Source: a virus
Strand: one strand, 5' to 3'
Virus record (IMG/VR): IMGVR_UViG_3300037245_001320
Coordinates: 1-64,000 of that record
DNA length: 64,000 nucleotides
Numbering within the stretch: position 1 is the first letter of the stretch; each line of letters begins with the position of its first letter. A program made the translations under genes and the position numbers. Shown in pieces: positions 36,014-50,116 of the stretch. A model generated the notes under the pieces. The model was not told where the DNA came from. It worked only from the letters and a program-made list of their open reading frames with translations, and ran no database searches.

Positions 36014-36119
36014 CTTTTACAAGGAGAATCTATAAAAGGTTCTCTTTTTCTTTTATAGCTACTTGACACAAACTATTATCCATGCTAAACTACCTATATA
36101 AACAAAGAAAGGAGAATAA

Positions 36120-39100
36120 ATGAATAAAGAAATAATAATCAAAACACTTCTACAGACATTAGGTATTGTAATATTTGTGTTTAATTTCCTAATGCTAGCT
36201 AGTGCTTTCAGTTTCATACCCCCAGCACATTTAGCTGCTGGTGGAGGGGTAATAGGTTTAGGTATAATATTTAGAGCATCTTGTAATATAGTGATTACTT
36301 CTAATAATATACTTAAAAATATTGTACTAGCTATTTTTGGAATAATAATAGTAACATTGTGTATGAGTATACTAAGTACTATAACTATATAATAAATAAG
36401 ATAATAAGGAAAGGAGAAACAAAATGAAAACAATATTACTTAAGTCAACAAAGATAGGGGATTGTAAACAAGTAAATTATGAAATCCCTTTAGAGTACAA
36501 GAAGATACAACTAGCAGATGGAATATTCCTACAAGATATTCTTCTAGGTGATCTAGTAGCAAAAGAGATTTCAGATGGAGTATATGTATCTGTTAGGTTA
36601 CATAATCATTTTATGTATGAAGAAGGTGTTGAGGAGAAATAAAATGAATGATTGGAAGGAATTAGTAATAGGGAATATACCTATGGGTTTTTTAGAGGAA
36701 GATAACTATGAAGTTCAATTCAAGGCTGTTAATGATTGGAGGGAAGAGAATAGTGACAAGAAAGAAGTTCTGCACCTAATGATTGATAAAGAATACAAAT
36801 ACCGTTACCGACGTAAACCACTTGAGAATATTAAGATGACAAAAGAAGAGCATCATTCAATAACCTTTGGTATATTACATGCCAACAAAGCAGTAAATGG
36901 AGAGCATATTACGAAAGCACATTTTAATAATGCAATGAGTGCAATGATTAACGGACTGGAAAGTGTTTTAAGACGGACAGGAATAATAGGGGAAGAATAA
37001 ATGATAGACATAAACTACATTAAATCAAACTCCCTTATATTAGATAGAAGAATATTCTTTCATAACGAAGTAACAATCCCTATAGAACCTTTTCAAAAGA
37101 CTCTGGCTCAGTTATTCTCCCACGCTAAGATATTTACATCTACTAGTGAAGCTAAACGAAATGGATGGGATAAATCTATACCTGATGGATTTTCACAATT
37201 CATTATAGGTAAGAGAAGAAACAAGATAACAATTTTTAAGGAGAAAACAATATGAAAAAGATAATAGCAATAGTAATGATTCTAATGTTAACAGGATGTG
37301 GTATGGCAATGGATAACGTTGGAACAGTAAAAGTCACAATCACAGAAAACCAGAAAACATACAATATAGGAGGAGATGTATCAGGAGTGGTATCTCTTAG
37401 ACAATTAGAAATGCTGATAGAGACAATTAAAGAAGATAATAAGGATTTAAACACAGGCGAAGTGCTTATTTTCCCTTCTAATACATATATTAGTATAAGG
37501 GTGTATAAATGACCCTAAAAGAACTAGAAATACAATTCTATAAACAGATGATTATAAATGGATTCAATCCTATCCTCTTAAATACTGTAAATGGAGAGTA
37601 TTCAACACAAGCTATAAAAGGTTTATGGATATGTTGGGAACAATGTGCTCGTGTTAATAAGGTATTGAAAGAAGGAGAATAGATGAGTAACAGAAGATTT
37701 AATAGAGTAATAAATAGATTAGAGGAAAAAGGAATACAAGCAGGGGATATTGAATTTATTAAAGATCAAAATGATACAATAACTACACTAAGAGCTCTAC
37801 TAAAACAAGCAGCACAAGATATAGTGGAAGAGAACAGTAGGTTAAAATCTAAAATAAGTAATTTAGAATATGAAAACAGTTTGGAATATAAAATATTAGA
37901 CGAGTATTCTAGCTTTAGGTTAAAATAACCTAGTGTATATCTAATATATACCTTGGCAATACCCTACCAAAGTAGTATAATTTAATTAAACCATAATAAG
38001 GAGGATTAACATTATGGATACATATTATGTAGAAATTCCATTGACAGGGTTTGTACACACTGAAGTAAAAGCAAATTCTGAAGAAGAGGCACTAGAAAAG
38101 TTTTACAAGAAAGATTGGAAGTTGAGCATAGACTCAGAAGATCAAAGTATGGACTTAGGTGAGCTGGATATGCATGAAAACTTAATTATTGACGGGAAGA
38201 TTCAGACCTACCATATTAAGGCTTTTGCGGAGAAACTCTTAGTTGGTTAAAAGAAGAATTTTTAAGAGGAGGAGATATTCATTTATTTCCTCTTTTTTAT
38301 TTTGTAGCTATTGACTATTGTTTTATAGTGTGTTATTATATGGAAGATTAAAAAGAAAAGGAGAATTAAATTATGACAGTTTTATTTATTATACTAGCAA
38401 TATTGCTTTTATATTGTGGGGGATATTTATGGAGTGCATCCAAAGGATTAAGTATATTTGTGGCATTCTTAGGTGTTATGAGTATGGGAATAGGTATAGG
38501 AGCTTTTGAGATAGATATAAAGAGTTTACAGAAAGATTATTACCACCAAAGAATACCCGACTTGAAACAACTATTAGATAATTATGAAGTAGAAGAATTA
38601 GAACAAAAGATTTTAAAGATAAAAGAAGGAGCTCAGATTGAAACCAATGATTAACGAGAGTATTAAGGAACAGCCCTGTTATTTAACATTGACCTCTAAG
38701 ATAAGGAGAATAATTAAAACAACCTATTCAGAAAATGATTTAATAAATGTAAATTTCCTTACTATGGATTTGTGTGGTGAGGAATATATGATCTGTTTAT
38801 GGGATGGGGAACCACATAGTAGAGATGAGGATTACTGGTCAGAGGATAATGATGGCAGTTTAGACACAGATGATATCTTTATAAAAGATTTAACAGAACA
38901 AGAGAAGCAATTCATAAATGATAACTGGAATATGTTGATTTGGCAGATAGCAAAAGGAGAGGAAAATGAATAAAAATTGTAGTAATTGTAATGGAGACGG
39001 AACGAAAGATGTATATGATCACCATCAGCAGGTAATTATAGTAGTTAAATGTGATTGTAAAGAAGACAACAAGGAGAAAGCAGCATAGATGAAAAAATTA

Positions 39101-39613
39101 TTATTATTATGGATAACGACCAGTGTACTTTTCGCAAACAGTATTTCAAACAGCGAAGAGTATAGAGCAGAGACATTAGCACAAGAAGTAACAGTTGTAA
39201 CAACCGAGAAAGGGTTTGTTATTATAGGTAATGAAATGAAAGATTTAATATTCACATTAGATCCTGTAAAAAGAGCAATACTAAGAGGTATTATAGAAGC
39301 ATACCAAGAAGTAGACAATACAGCGGAGTATGCTAACTATAGAACTAATCTACCTCCTGCTATGCAATCAACAGATTTTAAGAGAATGCAATTTGTATAC
39401 ACTCATATAGTAGAGGATGCTTCATCCAATATAGCAGTAACTATAGATATGGATGCTAATGGTATTCATAAAGAGCCTTTTGTGATAAGAGCTACTATAG
39501 ATCAGTGGTTGAATATTTTAAATATTGTAGATCAAGGATTCCTATATATGGATAAGGTTAAAACAGAAATACTTAAATTAAGGAGTATGGAGAATGATAT
39601 ATCCAGAGGTTGA
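36120..39613 (+). other. Small hypothetical genes including membrane proteins (36120, 38373), a lipoprotein (37252) and an exported protein (39089)
   Basis: TM helices; lipobox LTGC; signal peptide. Confidence 0.6.
37001..37255 (+). CDS. Small S4-like protein (resembles the TyrRS C-terminal domain)
   Basis: IFTSTSEAKRNG...IGKRR. Confidence 0.35.
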   Translation: MIDINYIKSNSLILDRRIFFHNEVTIPIEPFQKTLAQLFSHAKIFTSTSEAKRNGWDKSIPDGFSQFIIGKRRNKITIFKEKTI

Positions 39614-39906
39614 GTTATTTATGAAATCAGTTAAGAGAATGAATGAAGCTATAAAAGAGATGAAAAGGAGAAATAAATGGATGATTATTTTGTAATACAG
39701 TCAGATTTTGACAAGTGTACCTCTTCTAGATATGCCCAAATAGAGGAAGTGACTAAAGAAGTAAATAAATTACTAGACACACATATGCCTTTAGGAGGAA
39801 TTATTTTTGACGGAAAGTACACATATCAAACAATGATAAAAATAAAATAGTGTTTGACACTCTCCTCTTGATTAGTATACAATTATATTAAGAGGAGAGA
39901 AGCAAC

Positions 39907-40206
39907 ATGAAAAACATGATAATATTAGATGGAATTTTAGCAGAATCAGTAACAGTAGTTAACAACCAATATGCATTTTGTATTATAACAGAGGATACAG
40001 CCCCAATTATGATTAAGATGGATCCAGAGAGTGAGATATATAACCAACTAAATAAAGGAGCACTAGTAGAGATTATAGGTAGATTACAAACTAAAAAATG
40101 TGTTGTCTTAGATAAAACAAGTCAATGTACCTATATACTAGCTACAAAAGTAGAAGTTAAATGCCAATCACTATTGACACTAAGTACAATAAATGCTATA
40201 GTATAG
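39907..40206 (+). CDS. SSB/PriB-like OB-fold protein
   Basis: NMIILDG..LNKGALVEIIGRLQT..ILATKVE. Confidence 0.55.
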   Translation: MKNMIILDGILAESVTVVNNQYAFCIITEDTAPIMIKMDPESEIYNQLNKGALVEIIGRLQTKKCVVLDKTSQCTYILATKVEVKCQSLLTLSTINAIV

Positions 40207-40611
40207 AAGTAATCAAGAATAAGAGAGGGGGAGATACAATATATGATAACATTACTTTTAATAGGAATACTAATTTACTTTTTACTAGGATATGGAGCTT
40301 ATAAGCAATCTGAGAAGAAATGTAAAACAGCTCAGGATAAGAAAGATTTAAAGTCATTCAAAAACAAACTATATCTAAACTGGGTGTCTTACGCTATATT
40401 TATTGGTAAACTAAGACAACATATCAAGAATGTAAAAGAAACAGAGAAAAATACACTAGAACAAACATATAAAGGTGATCCTGATAAAGTTTCCATAGAA
40501 TTGTTTTCTAATGGATTTCAAGGATCAGAGAGAAGAGGATCAGCTATATTTGCATCTTATATTGTAAATCCAATGGCAGATGATAAGTAGATACAACAAT
40601 AGGGAGATTAA

Positions 40612-41025
40612 ATGCTAGAATTAAAAGAAAGAGATTATACTGCGAAAGAACTAGAAGATTTTAAGAGAGAAGTATTAGAGAATAAGAACAGAGACAACGC
40701 ATATTTATTAGGGAATATACAAGCTTTACGATTGTTAGGTTGGCAGATTAAATTAGGTACTAGATTAAAACATGAGTATATGGTGGAATTCTGGGATGTA
40801 CTCAAGTTCGACAGTCAGCTTAAACCTAGGACTATGAGATTAAACATCCCTAAGAAAGAAACTGTAAAATGTCCTGATTGTCGAGATGGAAAAGTTAGAG
40901 TAGTTTGTGCTTGTGGAGGAATGATAGGGAATGTATGTCAATATTGTAATGGAGATTGGCAAAATGCAAAAGAGAAATGTCCAACATGTCAAGGGACAAG
41001 AAGAGTAGAGAAGGGGAAGGAGTAA
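40612..41025 (+). CDS. DnaJ-type CxxCxGxG zinc-finger protein
   Basis: CPDCRDG, CQYCNG, CPTCQGT. Confidence 0.65.
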   Translation: MLELKERDYTAKELEDFKREVLENKNRDNAYLLGNIQALRLLGWQIKLGTRLKHEYMVEFWDVLKFDSQLKPRTMRLNIPKKETVKCPDCRDGKVRVVCACGGMIGNVCQYCNGDWQNAKEKCPTCQGTRRVEKGKE

Positions 41026-41029
41026 GTTA

Positions 41030-42216
41030 ATGAAAGAAGAATTAATATTATCCAAAGGGGAAGTGATATGTTATCAAGATATGCTGGAAAGCACTGTAGG
41101 AGACTTTATATCTAGAGCATTACCCTATAATGGAAACTATGAGGGAATTGAAGATTATGATAGAGGAATAAGAAGAGATGAAGCTTACTTCGAAGGTGAC
41201 GCAGAATACTATATTAAAATAATAAAGAGAAAAGGTTAAGGAGTAAAATATGGAAATAGAATATAATGGTTATGACATATCTATAAATGAAGACTTATTA
41301 GATAAGCAAGATGCATGGAAAAACCTTAAAGATATTATAGAAGCTAGAATAAGAATAATGGAAATATTAGATACAGAACCTGATAATAATCATAAAGAGC
41401 TTTTAAATAAATTGACAGAAGCAGAGTTTGCATTACAAAGAGCATGGAATTTTGACGAAGATGCTAATTACCATAGTTATCAGTGGACAGGACTAAATGA
41501 TTGTACATGTCCTACACTAGATAATTTAGATAACTTAGGATGTGATATAAGATACATATCAAGGAATTGTCCTTGGCATGGGAAAGGAGAATAAATGATA
41601 ACACTAGATGTACTAACTAAGTTCGATAAGCAAATGAGCAACCCCCAGATAAAGAAAAGGAAGATTAGATCTGATATAACAGTTATCTATGATAGAGTTG
41701 AGATACATTATTTATATACAACCAACAATATAGATGCATATAGACATCTACTAAACTGTTATGATATTACAGAAGTTGAATTAAAGGAAATATTATATGA
41801 GATCAAGAATCCTGATAAAGAATTGAAAGGAAGCTCAAAATGAGCCATACAACGATCTTTTTAATAAAAAGGTATATTGTTACCACTTTTTGTAGAAAGT
41901 CGTGTGAAACGACAGTCAGACGCACAGAATAAAGGATTAAGCTTTGAGAAAGAAAGTACTAGATCCATATGTAAAATATTCTTCATTATCCGTTAACGCC
42001 CAAATCACATTTACTGCAATTGAACAGATACTTATGAGATATACTACAAAGGAATTAAAAATAACAAAGGAAGTATTATCTTGGGAAACATCAATGTCTA
42101 TCCCAGGAGTGAAAGTAGCTTTGAGACTTTTAAAAGAAACAGGCTATATTAAATCAAAAAACAGCAACTCACCTATATTAAGAGTGGGTGAGCTATATGA
42201 GGATAAAGGGAGATAG
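41030..42216 (+). other. Hypothetical genes; 41944..42216 is winged-HTH-like
   Basis: ORF track; MSIPGVKVALRLLKETGYI. Confidence 0.55.
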
Positions 42217-42365
42217 TAGAAAGTGGAAGTAAAATGTGAGTTAAGACTAATTAAGCAACGAGAAAAATTGTTATTAGGTCTTATAGAAAAGCACCAAGAG
42301 ACAGTGGACACATGCAAAGAAGAACTGTATAATACAAGAGAAACAATAAAAGCATTAGAAGGAGT

Positions 42366-44204
42366 ATGCAAATGCCAAGAGAAATAGAGGAGAGATTAAT
42401 AGAAGCAAAAGTAAAGTATTATGAAGGGACACCAATAATGGATGATGCTCCATTTGATTTACTAGAGGATGAGTTGAGATCTGTGGATCCCGATAATTCT
42501 TATTTTAGTTTAGTAGGATCGAGAGAACAAGGGGCGGATATTGTACATAAATATAGAATGAAGTCTATGGCAAAAGGGAAACAGCCAGAGGACGTAGAGA
42601 AATGGATGAAGAATATAGGAATAAAAGATCCCCAATTTAGTTTAGTCTTGCTTCCGAAAGTGGATGGAGTTTCTGCAACCTTAAGATACATTAAAGGAAA
42701 ATTAGTATATGTTGCCTCAAGAGGAGATGGAACAACGGGTAAGGATATAACCCACATAGCAAAGCATATGAAAGATATACCCCTTCAAATAGATTTCACC
42801 CAAGATGAAATTGAAATTAGAGGAGAATTATATTTAAGTAAATTTGGTAATCATGGTATAACAGGCCCATTAAGAAATAACTGTACAGGATTAATAAACA
42901 GGCAAACAGATACAAGCCAAACACATCATTTAAGATTTGTGGCTTATCAAGTTGTACTAGGTGGATTTAAGACTGTTAAGGAATACTTAACAACTCTATT
43001 AGATAATGGGTTTAATGTGGCAGACGCTTACTATGTAACAAGTATAATAGGAATATACAATACTTATTTAGATACATTAAGAGATAAGTGGGAGTATGAA
43101 ACCGACGGTTTAGTAGCGGTTGTTAATGATTTAGGCTCTTACAGAAGCATAAATGCTTTGTATAAAGATAATGACCATCACTGGTTCACGAATTTCGCTT
43201 TGAAACCTCCATCAGTAGGAGGAGAGACAACTTTAATTGATATTGAATGGCAGATGTCAAGACAAGGCTTAATGATACCTGTAGCTATTTTTGAAACAAT
43301 AACTATTGGTGGAGTAAACATACAAAGAGCGACTGCAAATAACTACCTTAATGTCTGTGATTTAGATTTGAAGAAAGGAGATATAATCATAATTGAAAGA
43401 GCTAACGATGTAATACCATTCCTAAAGTCAAATAATGGAGGAGGAGAAGGAAATCTTATACCAACAGTTTGTCCTCATTGTGGATCTCATTTAGAAGAGG
43501 TTGGAGTACATTTAGCTTGCTTAAATCATGAGTGTGAGGAACAAGTTATTCAGAGAATTATCTATTATGTTAGAGAGGCTGATATTGATAATGTAGCTGA
43601 AGGGATGTTAAGAGCAATCTACACAACAGGCTTACTAAAAACACCTGCTGACTTATATAGAATTACTAGAAACGATCTATTATATGTAGATGGACTAGGA
43701 AGTACAAAGATAACAACCTTTATTGAAGGAATTAAGAAAGATCGGGTAATAACACCTGTAGAACTTCTTGCTCGTTTAAACATTCCATTAGTTCGGGTAA
43801 AAGGATTGACTAAGTTAGGCATTGATACAATAGACACATTCCTAAGTTATGATGATAAAGGAACAGCAATTGGGAAAAATGTAGTTGAGTGGAAAGAGAA
43901 AGATTACAATATTGATCTCCTAAATGATTTAATAGCAACAGTTGAGATCATAGTAGAAGAAAAAGATGATAAAGTTGGATTAGAGTCTAAAGGCAAAGTC
44001 TGCGCTACAGGAAGTGCTCCAATGGGTAGAAAAGAACTACAGAAGATCATTGCTGAGAAAGGATACGAGTGGCATTCATCTGTGACAAAGGATCTTAACA
44101 TATTGTTAGTTGATGATGTTAATGGATCATCAAGTAAGATAGTTAAAGCAAGAAAGAATGGAACAACTATTATGTTGTATGAGGAGTTTTTAAATGATAT
44201 GTAA
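42366..44204 (+). CDS. ligA: NAD+-dependent DNA ligase
   Basis: PKVDG adenylation motif, SRGDG..G.DIT, EIRGE, TDGLV, ERANDVIP, Zn finger, HhH, C-terminal BRCT. Confidence 0.95.
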   Translation: MQMPREIEERLIEAKVKYYEGTPIMDDAPFDLLEDELRSVDPDNSYFSLVGSREQGADIVHKYRMKSMAKGKQPEDVEKWMKNIGIKDPQFSLVLLPKVDGVSATLRYIKGKLVYVASRGDGTTGKDITHIAKHMKDIPLQIDFTQDEIEIRGELYLSKFGNHGITGPLRNNCTGLINRQTDTSQTHHLRFVAYQVVLGGFKTVKEYLTTLLDNGFNVADAYYVTSIIGIYNTYLDTLRDKWEYETDGLVAVVNDLGSYRSINALYKDNDHHWFTNFALKPPSVGGETTLIDIEWQMSRQGLMIPVAIFETITIGGVNIQRATANNYLNVCDLDLKKGDIIIIERANDVIPFLKSNNGGGEGNLIPTVCPHCGSHLEEVGVHLACLNHECEEQVIQRIIYYVREADIDNVAEGMLRAIYTTGLLKTPADLYRITRNDLLYVDGLGSTKITTFIEGIKKDRVITPVELLARLNIPLVRVKGLTKLGIDTIDTFLSYDDKGTAIGKNVVEWKEKDYNIDLLNDLIATVEIIVEEKDDKVGLESKGKVCATGSAPMGRKELQKIIAEKGYEWHSSVTKDLNILLVDDVNGSSSKIVKARKNGTTIMLYEEFLNDM

Positions 44205-44415
44205 AGGAGAGCTATATGAACACTGTAAAGGAAGCTTGTATCTTATATTAGAAGTGGCTAGAGATTCGTCAGAGTGTGCAAAAGAAATGGTTGTGTATAA
44301 ATCATTAACTAAATCTGATTATCCAGCAGGGACAATTTGGACAAGACCTTTAGAGGAATTTATAGATATGCATAAATCAGGTGTTAAAAGATTTGTATTT
44401 AAAGGAGTTGTTTAA
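44194..44415 (+). CDS. DUF1653-like protein
   Basis: YEHCKG.LY..MVVY..WTRP..EF. Confidence 0.7.
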   Translation: MICKGELYEHCKGSLYLILEVARDSSECAKEMVVYKSLTKSDYPAGTIWTRPLEEFIDMHKSGVKRFVFKGVV

Positions 44416-47400
44416 TGGGATTTTATATTTTATGTATAATTTTAGGGTTACTACTAATATCTTTAGGGTTATGTTTAGTAATTAAGTTTACCCACAAAAC
44501 AGTATATGAGACACTAGGAGGTATAGCATTGTTTGTAGGATTTATAGTGTTTTCAGTAAGTTTATCCTTTATGACAGATTATGTAGAAGACGTTGTACCA
44601 GACTTTAAAGTATTAGAGGCAGAGTACAAGTATAATAAAGTACTAGATGAACAAGGTGTTTTGCAAGTTGTAGCAGAGCATATAGAGGAGGAATAGATGG
44701 GATGTTTTGATACAGTAACAGCTAAATGTAAATGTGGTGGAAGAGTAGAATGGCAATCTAAAGCAGGAGAATGTAATCTGGATGTATTTTCAGTTCATCA
44801 AGTTCCTTTGGCTATAGCAGCGGATTTAATAGAAGATACTGCCCAATGTGATTTGTGTGAAAGGGAATATCGATTAAATCTATTATTTGATATACAAAAT
44901 GTCCCAATGAATATGACAGAGGTAGGAGATAGTAGACAATGAATAACAACCTACCAGATAGATTAGATGTAGGACAGGTAAAGCATATTATGAGACTTCT
45001 ACAAATCGGTTTAAATAATACATATGATAAGAGGAACTTCAGTTTAACAGCAATAAACCCTCAGGATATAGTAGACTTAATTAAAGGAGATAAATAATGG
45101 AAATATTTAAAAGCAGATATACCCCAAATTTAAAGAATGGTAAAGATGTCGGATTTAGTATAGGAGATATGATTCTGTATAAACCAGCAGGACAATCGCC
45201 TGTGAGAGCAAAAATTGTGTCAGATAGAAGAAGTCATAAGAGTGTGGATAAGCTAGGTTATGATGCTATATTTGCAGATGATGGTAATCAGTGGTTTGCC
45301 GTAGAGGAGCAGATAATTGATTGGGAAGGGAAGGTTAAATAATGGGACCAACTGAATTAGATAAGATAGATAAGTATAATGAGTATGTAGACAATATCAA
45401 GTTTCTAGAAACAGAGGAAAAAGACAAACCAGAATCAAGAAACTTAAGAGAAGCACTAAACATTGTACATAAGAAACCGAAGTGGTTGAAAGATAGGAGA
45501 TAAATGAAAATTTTAAAAGTAAAAGATTTAAAGAGAGCAAGGAAGCACTCAATAAAAGTATTAAGAGAAGAGAAGCTAGATCGGACAGAACCATTTAAAG
45601 AGCTGCTAGAGAAAGCAACAGATTTATATGTTAAAGGATTTCCGAGGATGGAATATGAATTAAAGAAATCATTGGTTGAGAAGCATATGCGATTCTGGTT
45701 ATATCATCCTGTCTGGAATCAATGTATAGGGAGTGTAATAGATAAACCTCATAATAAGTCAAATGTTATGGTGAGTGTTTATTTTAGGAATTAAAGTAGA
45801 AAATGTAAACTATAGTTATCAAAATGATGTGAAAGTCTGTAAATGATAACTATAGTTTACATTATAAAAGGAGAAGAAATGAAAGAATGGCAAGATGTAA
45901 CAATAGACACCCTATCAGAGTGTCTAAGTATAAATACTGTAATAGAGGCACAGTACTTGAGAACAAGAAATAACACTGTTAAAGGTTATTGGGTACCTTC
46001 AGGATATGGGGTAAAAGCAATGGTAGGATATATCAGAGATAATACAAAAAGATTTAGATTTAGAATAATAGAAGAAACACAACCAAAACCTCCAATAGGA
46101 TTAAGACCACAAAATATTGTACAGGAATTAAGATATAAGGAAATAACAGAAGCTATATTTAGATATACTCAAGCAGGGAAATGTATTCCTGTTGAATGGA
46201 CAAAAGAGCATAAAGAACTAGTAAAAACTCTTGGAAAAGAAAACAGTATTAACACAACAGAAGAGAGAAGTAAATCTTTATTATTTCTATTAAATGTAGG
46301 AGTAGGTACGCCACAAGGAATAAATCTTAGTAAATCCCAGTGTGAAGGTGGTTCTGAAGTTATTAGACAGTTATTAGCAGATAGACAGTGTAAAGGAGAC
46401 AAAATGAAAAGTATATGGGTATATGATGATTTATGGGAAGAAGGATATAGATTCGATGACATCCTAAATAATAGGCATGTTATGATTGCAAGAGAGTTTG
46501 CTAAAGATGAATATGAGGCAATTTCGTATTTAGGCACAGAATATAAAAGTATCAAGAAGAACAAAGGAACAGGAATATGCATACGCAACTCAGTATATTC
46601 TAATGCCTTATTCTTATTTATATAAAAGGAGATTAAATGAAAGCAGTAATATTAATAGATAAAGACTCACCAGAGGATATAACAGCTATGGTAGAAGATA
46701 ATGGATTCTCAAGTTACCTAGAAGGCTATGGGAACAATATAGAGGAAGCTAAATATGAATTAAAGCATGTTATAGCAAATAGAATCAAGCTTCTACGAGA
46801 AATAGATGTAGATCAGGCAGAGGTCAGGGAGGTTTAGATGAAAGTAGGGGCATTAACAGTAGATATAAAGATAGGAGAGAATCCATTAGAGTTTGCTACA
46901 AAACTTATAGAGTTATTATGTGAATCAGGTGTAGCAAGAGAGATTGTAGAGGATGTAGAGCATTTGATTGCAGAGAGCTTAGTTTCAGAGGTTAATAATA
47001 CAGATAGAAGGAAGTTGTTTAATTTGGTTAAGAATAAGGAAGTAGAAAAACAACTAGTAGGGCAAAACTCTGAGGCTCATTATGAATTTGTTATAGATAT
47101 TGGAAAAGATAAGATGGCTTGTATTCAGATGACAGAATCAGCTTATAATAAATTGATGGAAAAAGGAGAATAAAGAATGCATAAAGTAATATATAAAAGA
47201 GAATTTAGTTTTGGATTAGCATATGGAGATAGTGAGAAAAACATAATAGAACCTGAGATAACAGTCCAATTACACATAACATGCAGGGATGGAATATGGT
47301 TTAGTGTAAATGTACCCAATAAATCATTCTGTGGTAGAAATATATTCAAACTATTTATAAACGCTTTAGAGAGCCAAACAGTAGGAATGATTAAGTATGA

Positions 47401-47732
47401 TAGGTTAAAAGAAGATTGTAGAAGTAAAGGTTTATGGAATAAATTAGGATAGGAGAAATAAAATGACACCAGAAAAGTTTGCAAAAGACTTATTAGATAA
47501 CGCAGAGAAAGATTATGGGATGTGTTCTCCACCTTTAGAGGCTAAGAAAGCATTAAAGATATTGCAAGATCATTTCTTAGGAGAGGATTGGTATGTAACA
47601 ATGCCTATTAGTGGAGAACAAGTAAATTCAGAAGCTGTGTATGCTATATTAGAGCAGTATCCTAGAAGAGTAGAAGGATTTAGGAATAAAGTTAAGGCAA
47701 TGGTTAAGGCGATAAAAGATGCAATCATTTAA
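44415..47732 (+). other. Run of small hypothetical genes
   Basis: Coupled RBS-led ORFs. Confidence 0.55.
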
Positions 47733-47735
47733 GGA

Positions 47736-48296
47736 ATGTACATGAAAATAACAGCTAAACTAATAAAACTCATCCTTATGTTGAAATACAGATTCAAGGA
47801 TGGGTTTATGGTAACTTCTGAGTGTACCGGTCATGGAGGAGGAATAGCAGATTTAATTCTCTATGACTTGAAGAAAGACTCCATGGTAGAGATTGAAATA
47901 AAGATATCGAAGCAGGATTTAAAGAAAGACATATTAAAGCAGAAACACAAGATCTACAGGAATAAGGAGAACATCGAGATACAGCAATTCTATTATGCAG
48001 TCCCTAGTAAATTGGTTGAGTACTGTAAAGCTTATCTTATTGAGCATGATTTGGAATACGGGATTATTGAGATTGTAACAGAGAAGGTAGAGGGTTTTGA
48101 TTTTAAAGAGTTTTCTGATTGTGCTGAGTTGGTGTGTGTAGTCAAGAGATGTAAAAGGTTTAATAAGAATAAACCCTATGAAAGTCAGAAACACACATTC
48201 TTTAAGCGAATATCTTCAGAGTTGGTATTAAGGGAGAAGGAGTTGTTTTTGGTTAGGGAAGAGTTAAAAATAGTAAAGGATAAGGAGAGAGGTTAA
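47736..48296 (+). CDS. MmcB-like PD-(D/E)xK nuclease
   Basis: IADL..EIEIKISKQDL.KD..K..FYYAVP..YGII. Confidence 0.72.
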   Translation: MYMKITAKLIKLILMLKYRFKDGFMVTSECTGHGGGIADLILYDLKKDSMVEIEIKISKQDLKKDILKQKHKIYRNKENIEIQQFYYAVPSKLVEYCKAYLIEHDLEYGIIEIVTEKVEGFDFKEFSDCAELVCVVKRCKRFNKNKPYESQKHTFFKRISSELVLREKELFLVREELKIVKDKERG

Positions 48297-49709
48297 ATGG
48301 GAATGGATATTAGTTGTATAGGTGGAATAGGGTTTGAAATTAGTGAATTGTTGGCAATGTATGATGATCACAAGCTAACTAAAGATTACTATAATGAAGA
48401 GGATGAGGACTTAGACAAGTATGAATTAATAGATGAGTTTTTTAGTGATAATGAGTATATAGATCTCCAATGTTTACACTCTTATGATGACACAGAATAT
48501 TATGTATTTGCAGAAGACCCAATAAAGGGCGTGCAAGCTTTTATTGATGAGTTAGTTAAATTAGGTTTTGAAGATTTAAACATAGATGACTTAGATTTTT
48601 ATAGTGAGGCTCAGGTTTGGTAGAGAAGGAGTATAAATGATTAAGAAAATAGTAATAGCACAGAGAGAAAGAACAGTAGTAGAGTTTGAAAAAGACATAT
48701 TTATAAGTACGTTTAACAAACTAGCAGGGCTAAAAGTATTAGTTACACTATCAGATAAAACAGAGGACTTTAAAGGAGACAATGGGAAACTAGACTTAGA
48801 CAAAGATTATGACATGAAAGACCAAACTATTAAGTCTATTGATCCAGAGATTATACTAGAGTTTAACGATCCTAAAAGCATTAGAAATATGATAGAGATA
48901 TTAAAAGATGCAGAAGAATTATTGAAATACAAATTACCTAAAACAAGGGATAGGGGTTAGAAGGAGAATAAATGAATAAGTTTTTAAGATTAATAGGAGC
49001 AACAAGAGTTGAGAAAGAGTGTATAGAGTTTAAATGGGGGTATATAGCAAAAGGATTAAGCTTCCAATTAAAGCTACATAGAGGAGGATATTTCGATTCG
49101 AGGTATGCTGTCTCAATAGGGCTTATATTTGGTTATATTCACATATATCTGCCGTTTAAAACAAAGTTAGGGGAAGGATGCACACTGCCTCAATATGGTA
49201 TAGCAATTCATAATAATACTTTCTGGATATATCTAGGAGGTAAGTTTGATGAGTCATGGGGACAAGTTACTCAAGAGAAATGGATTACTTGGAATCTGCC
49301 TTGGTTTACATGGGAGTTTGATAATCATTGGATTATGAATAAAGAAGGGAAATATCAAATTCCTCAGAAAGTAGAAACACCAATGAAAGATGGAACTACT
49401 CGCTTAGAACAAGACTATGAGTATAAATTTGCCTTGAAGGAAACTGTACCATATAAGTATACTTTAAGAAGTGGAGAGATCCAAGAAATAACAGCTACCA
49501 TTTTCCAAGAGAAAAGGCAATGGCATAGGAAATGGTTTCCTTTTATTAAAATGGTAAAGGTCGATATAGATGTTGCCTTTAGTGATGAAGTTGGAGAGAG
49601 GGCAGGATCTTGGAAAGGTGGAGTTGTAGGAACAAGCTATAAGATGTTGAAAGGTGAGACACCATTAGAGACTTTGAGAAGAATGGAGTCTGAGAGGGTG
49701 TTTAAATAA
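48297..49709 (+). other. Hypothetical genes 48297, 48637, 48972
   Basis: ORFs with RBS; terminator at about 49733-49772. Confidence 0.6.
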
Positions 49710-49971
49710 AGTAGCACTTTCTGTTTTGGGTAGAGGGCTGAAAGTATAGATAAATAGACTTTCAGCTCTTTTATTTAGGGATTATAGGTATAAACAGACA
49801 AAGATCTATAATTAGGTACAACTTGCATGATAAAGAGTGTAAAAGTATAGAAATACCTATAAAGTAAGTATGCGTTGAGATATAATGGTATCAGGTAGGG
49901 CAATGCGGAAAATGGTACATAAGTATATAGAAAATATATAAGAAATACAAGGAAATATGAGGAAACACTAA

Positions 49972-49994
49972 AAAAATTCCCACTATGCTATAAT
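49972..49994 (+). promoter_or_regulatory. Phage-specific promoter motif upstream of terS
   Basis: AAAAATTCCCACTATGCTATAAT, identical to 33509. Confidence 0.78.
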
Positions 49995-50116
49995 AAAGAT
50001 ATAGGAAAGTAAAGGAAAATTGCTGAGAGTCAATACAAAGCACCTAGAGAGAAAGATAGGGAAATTGGCTAAAATAACTCAGAATTTATCCCCTAAAGAT
50101 TATAGGAGAAATAGTA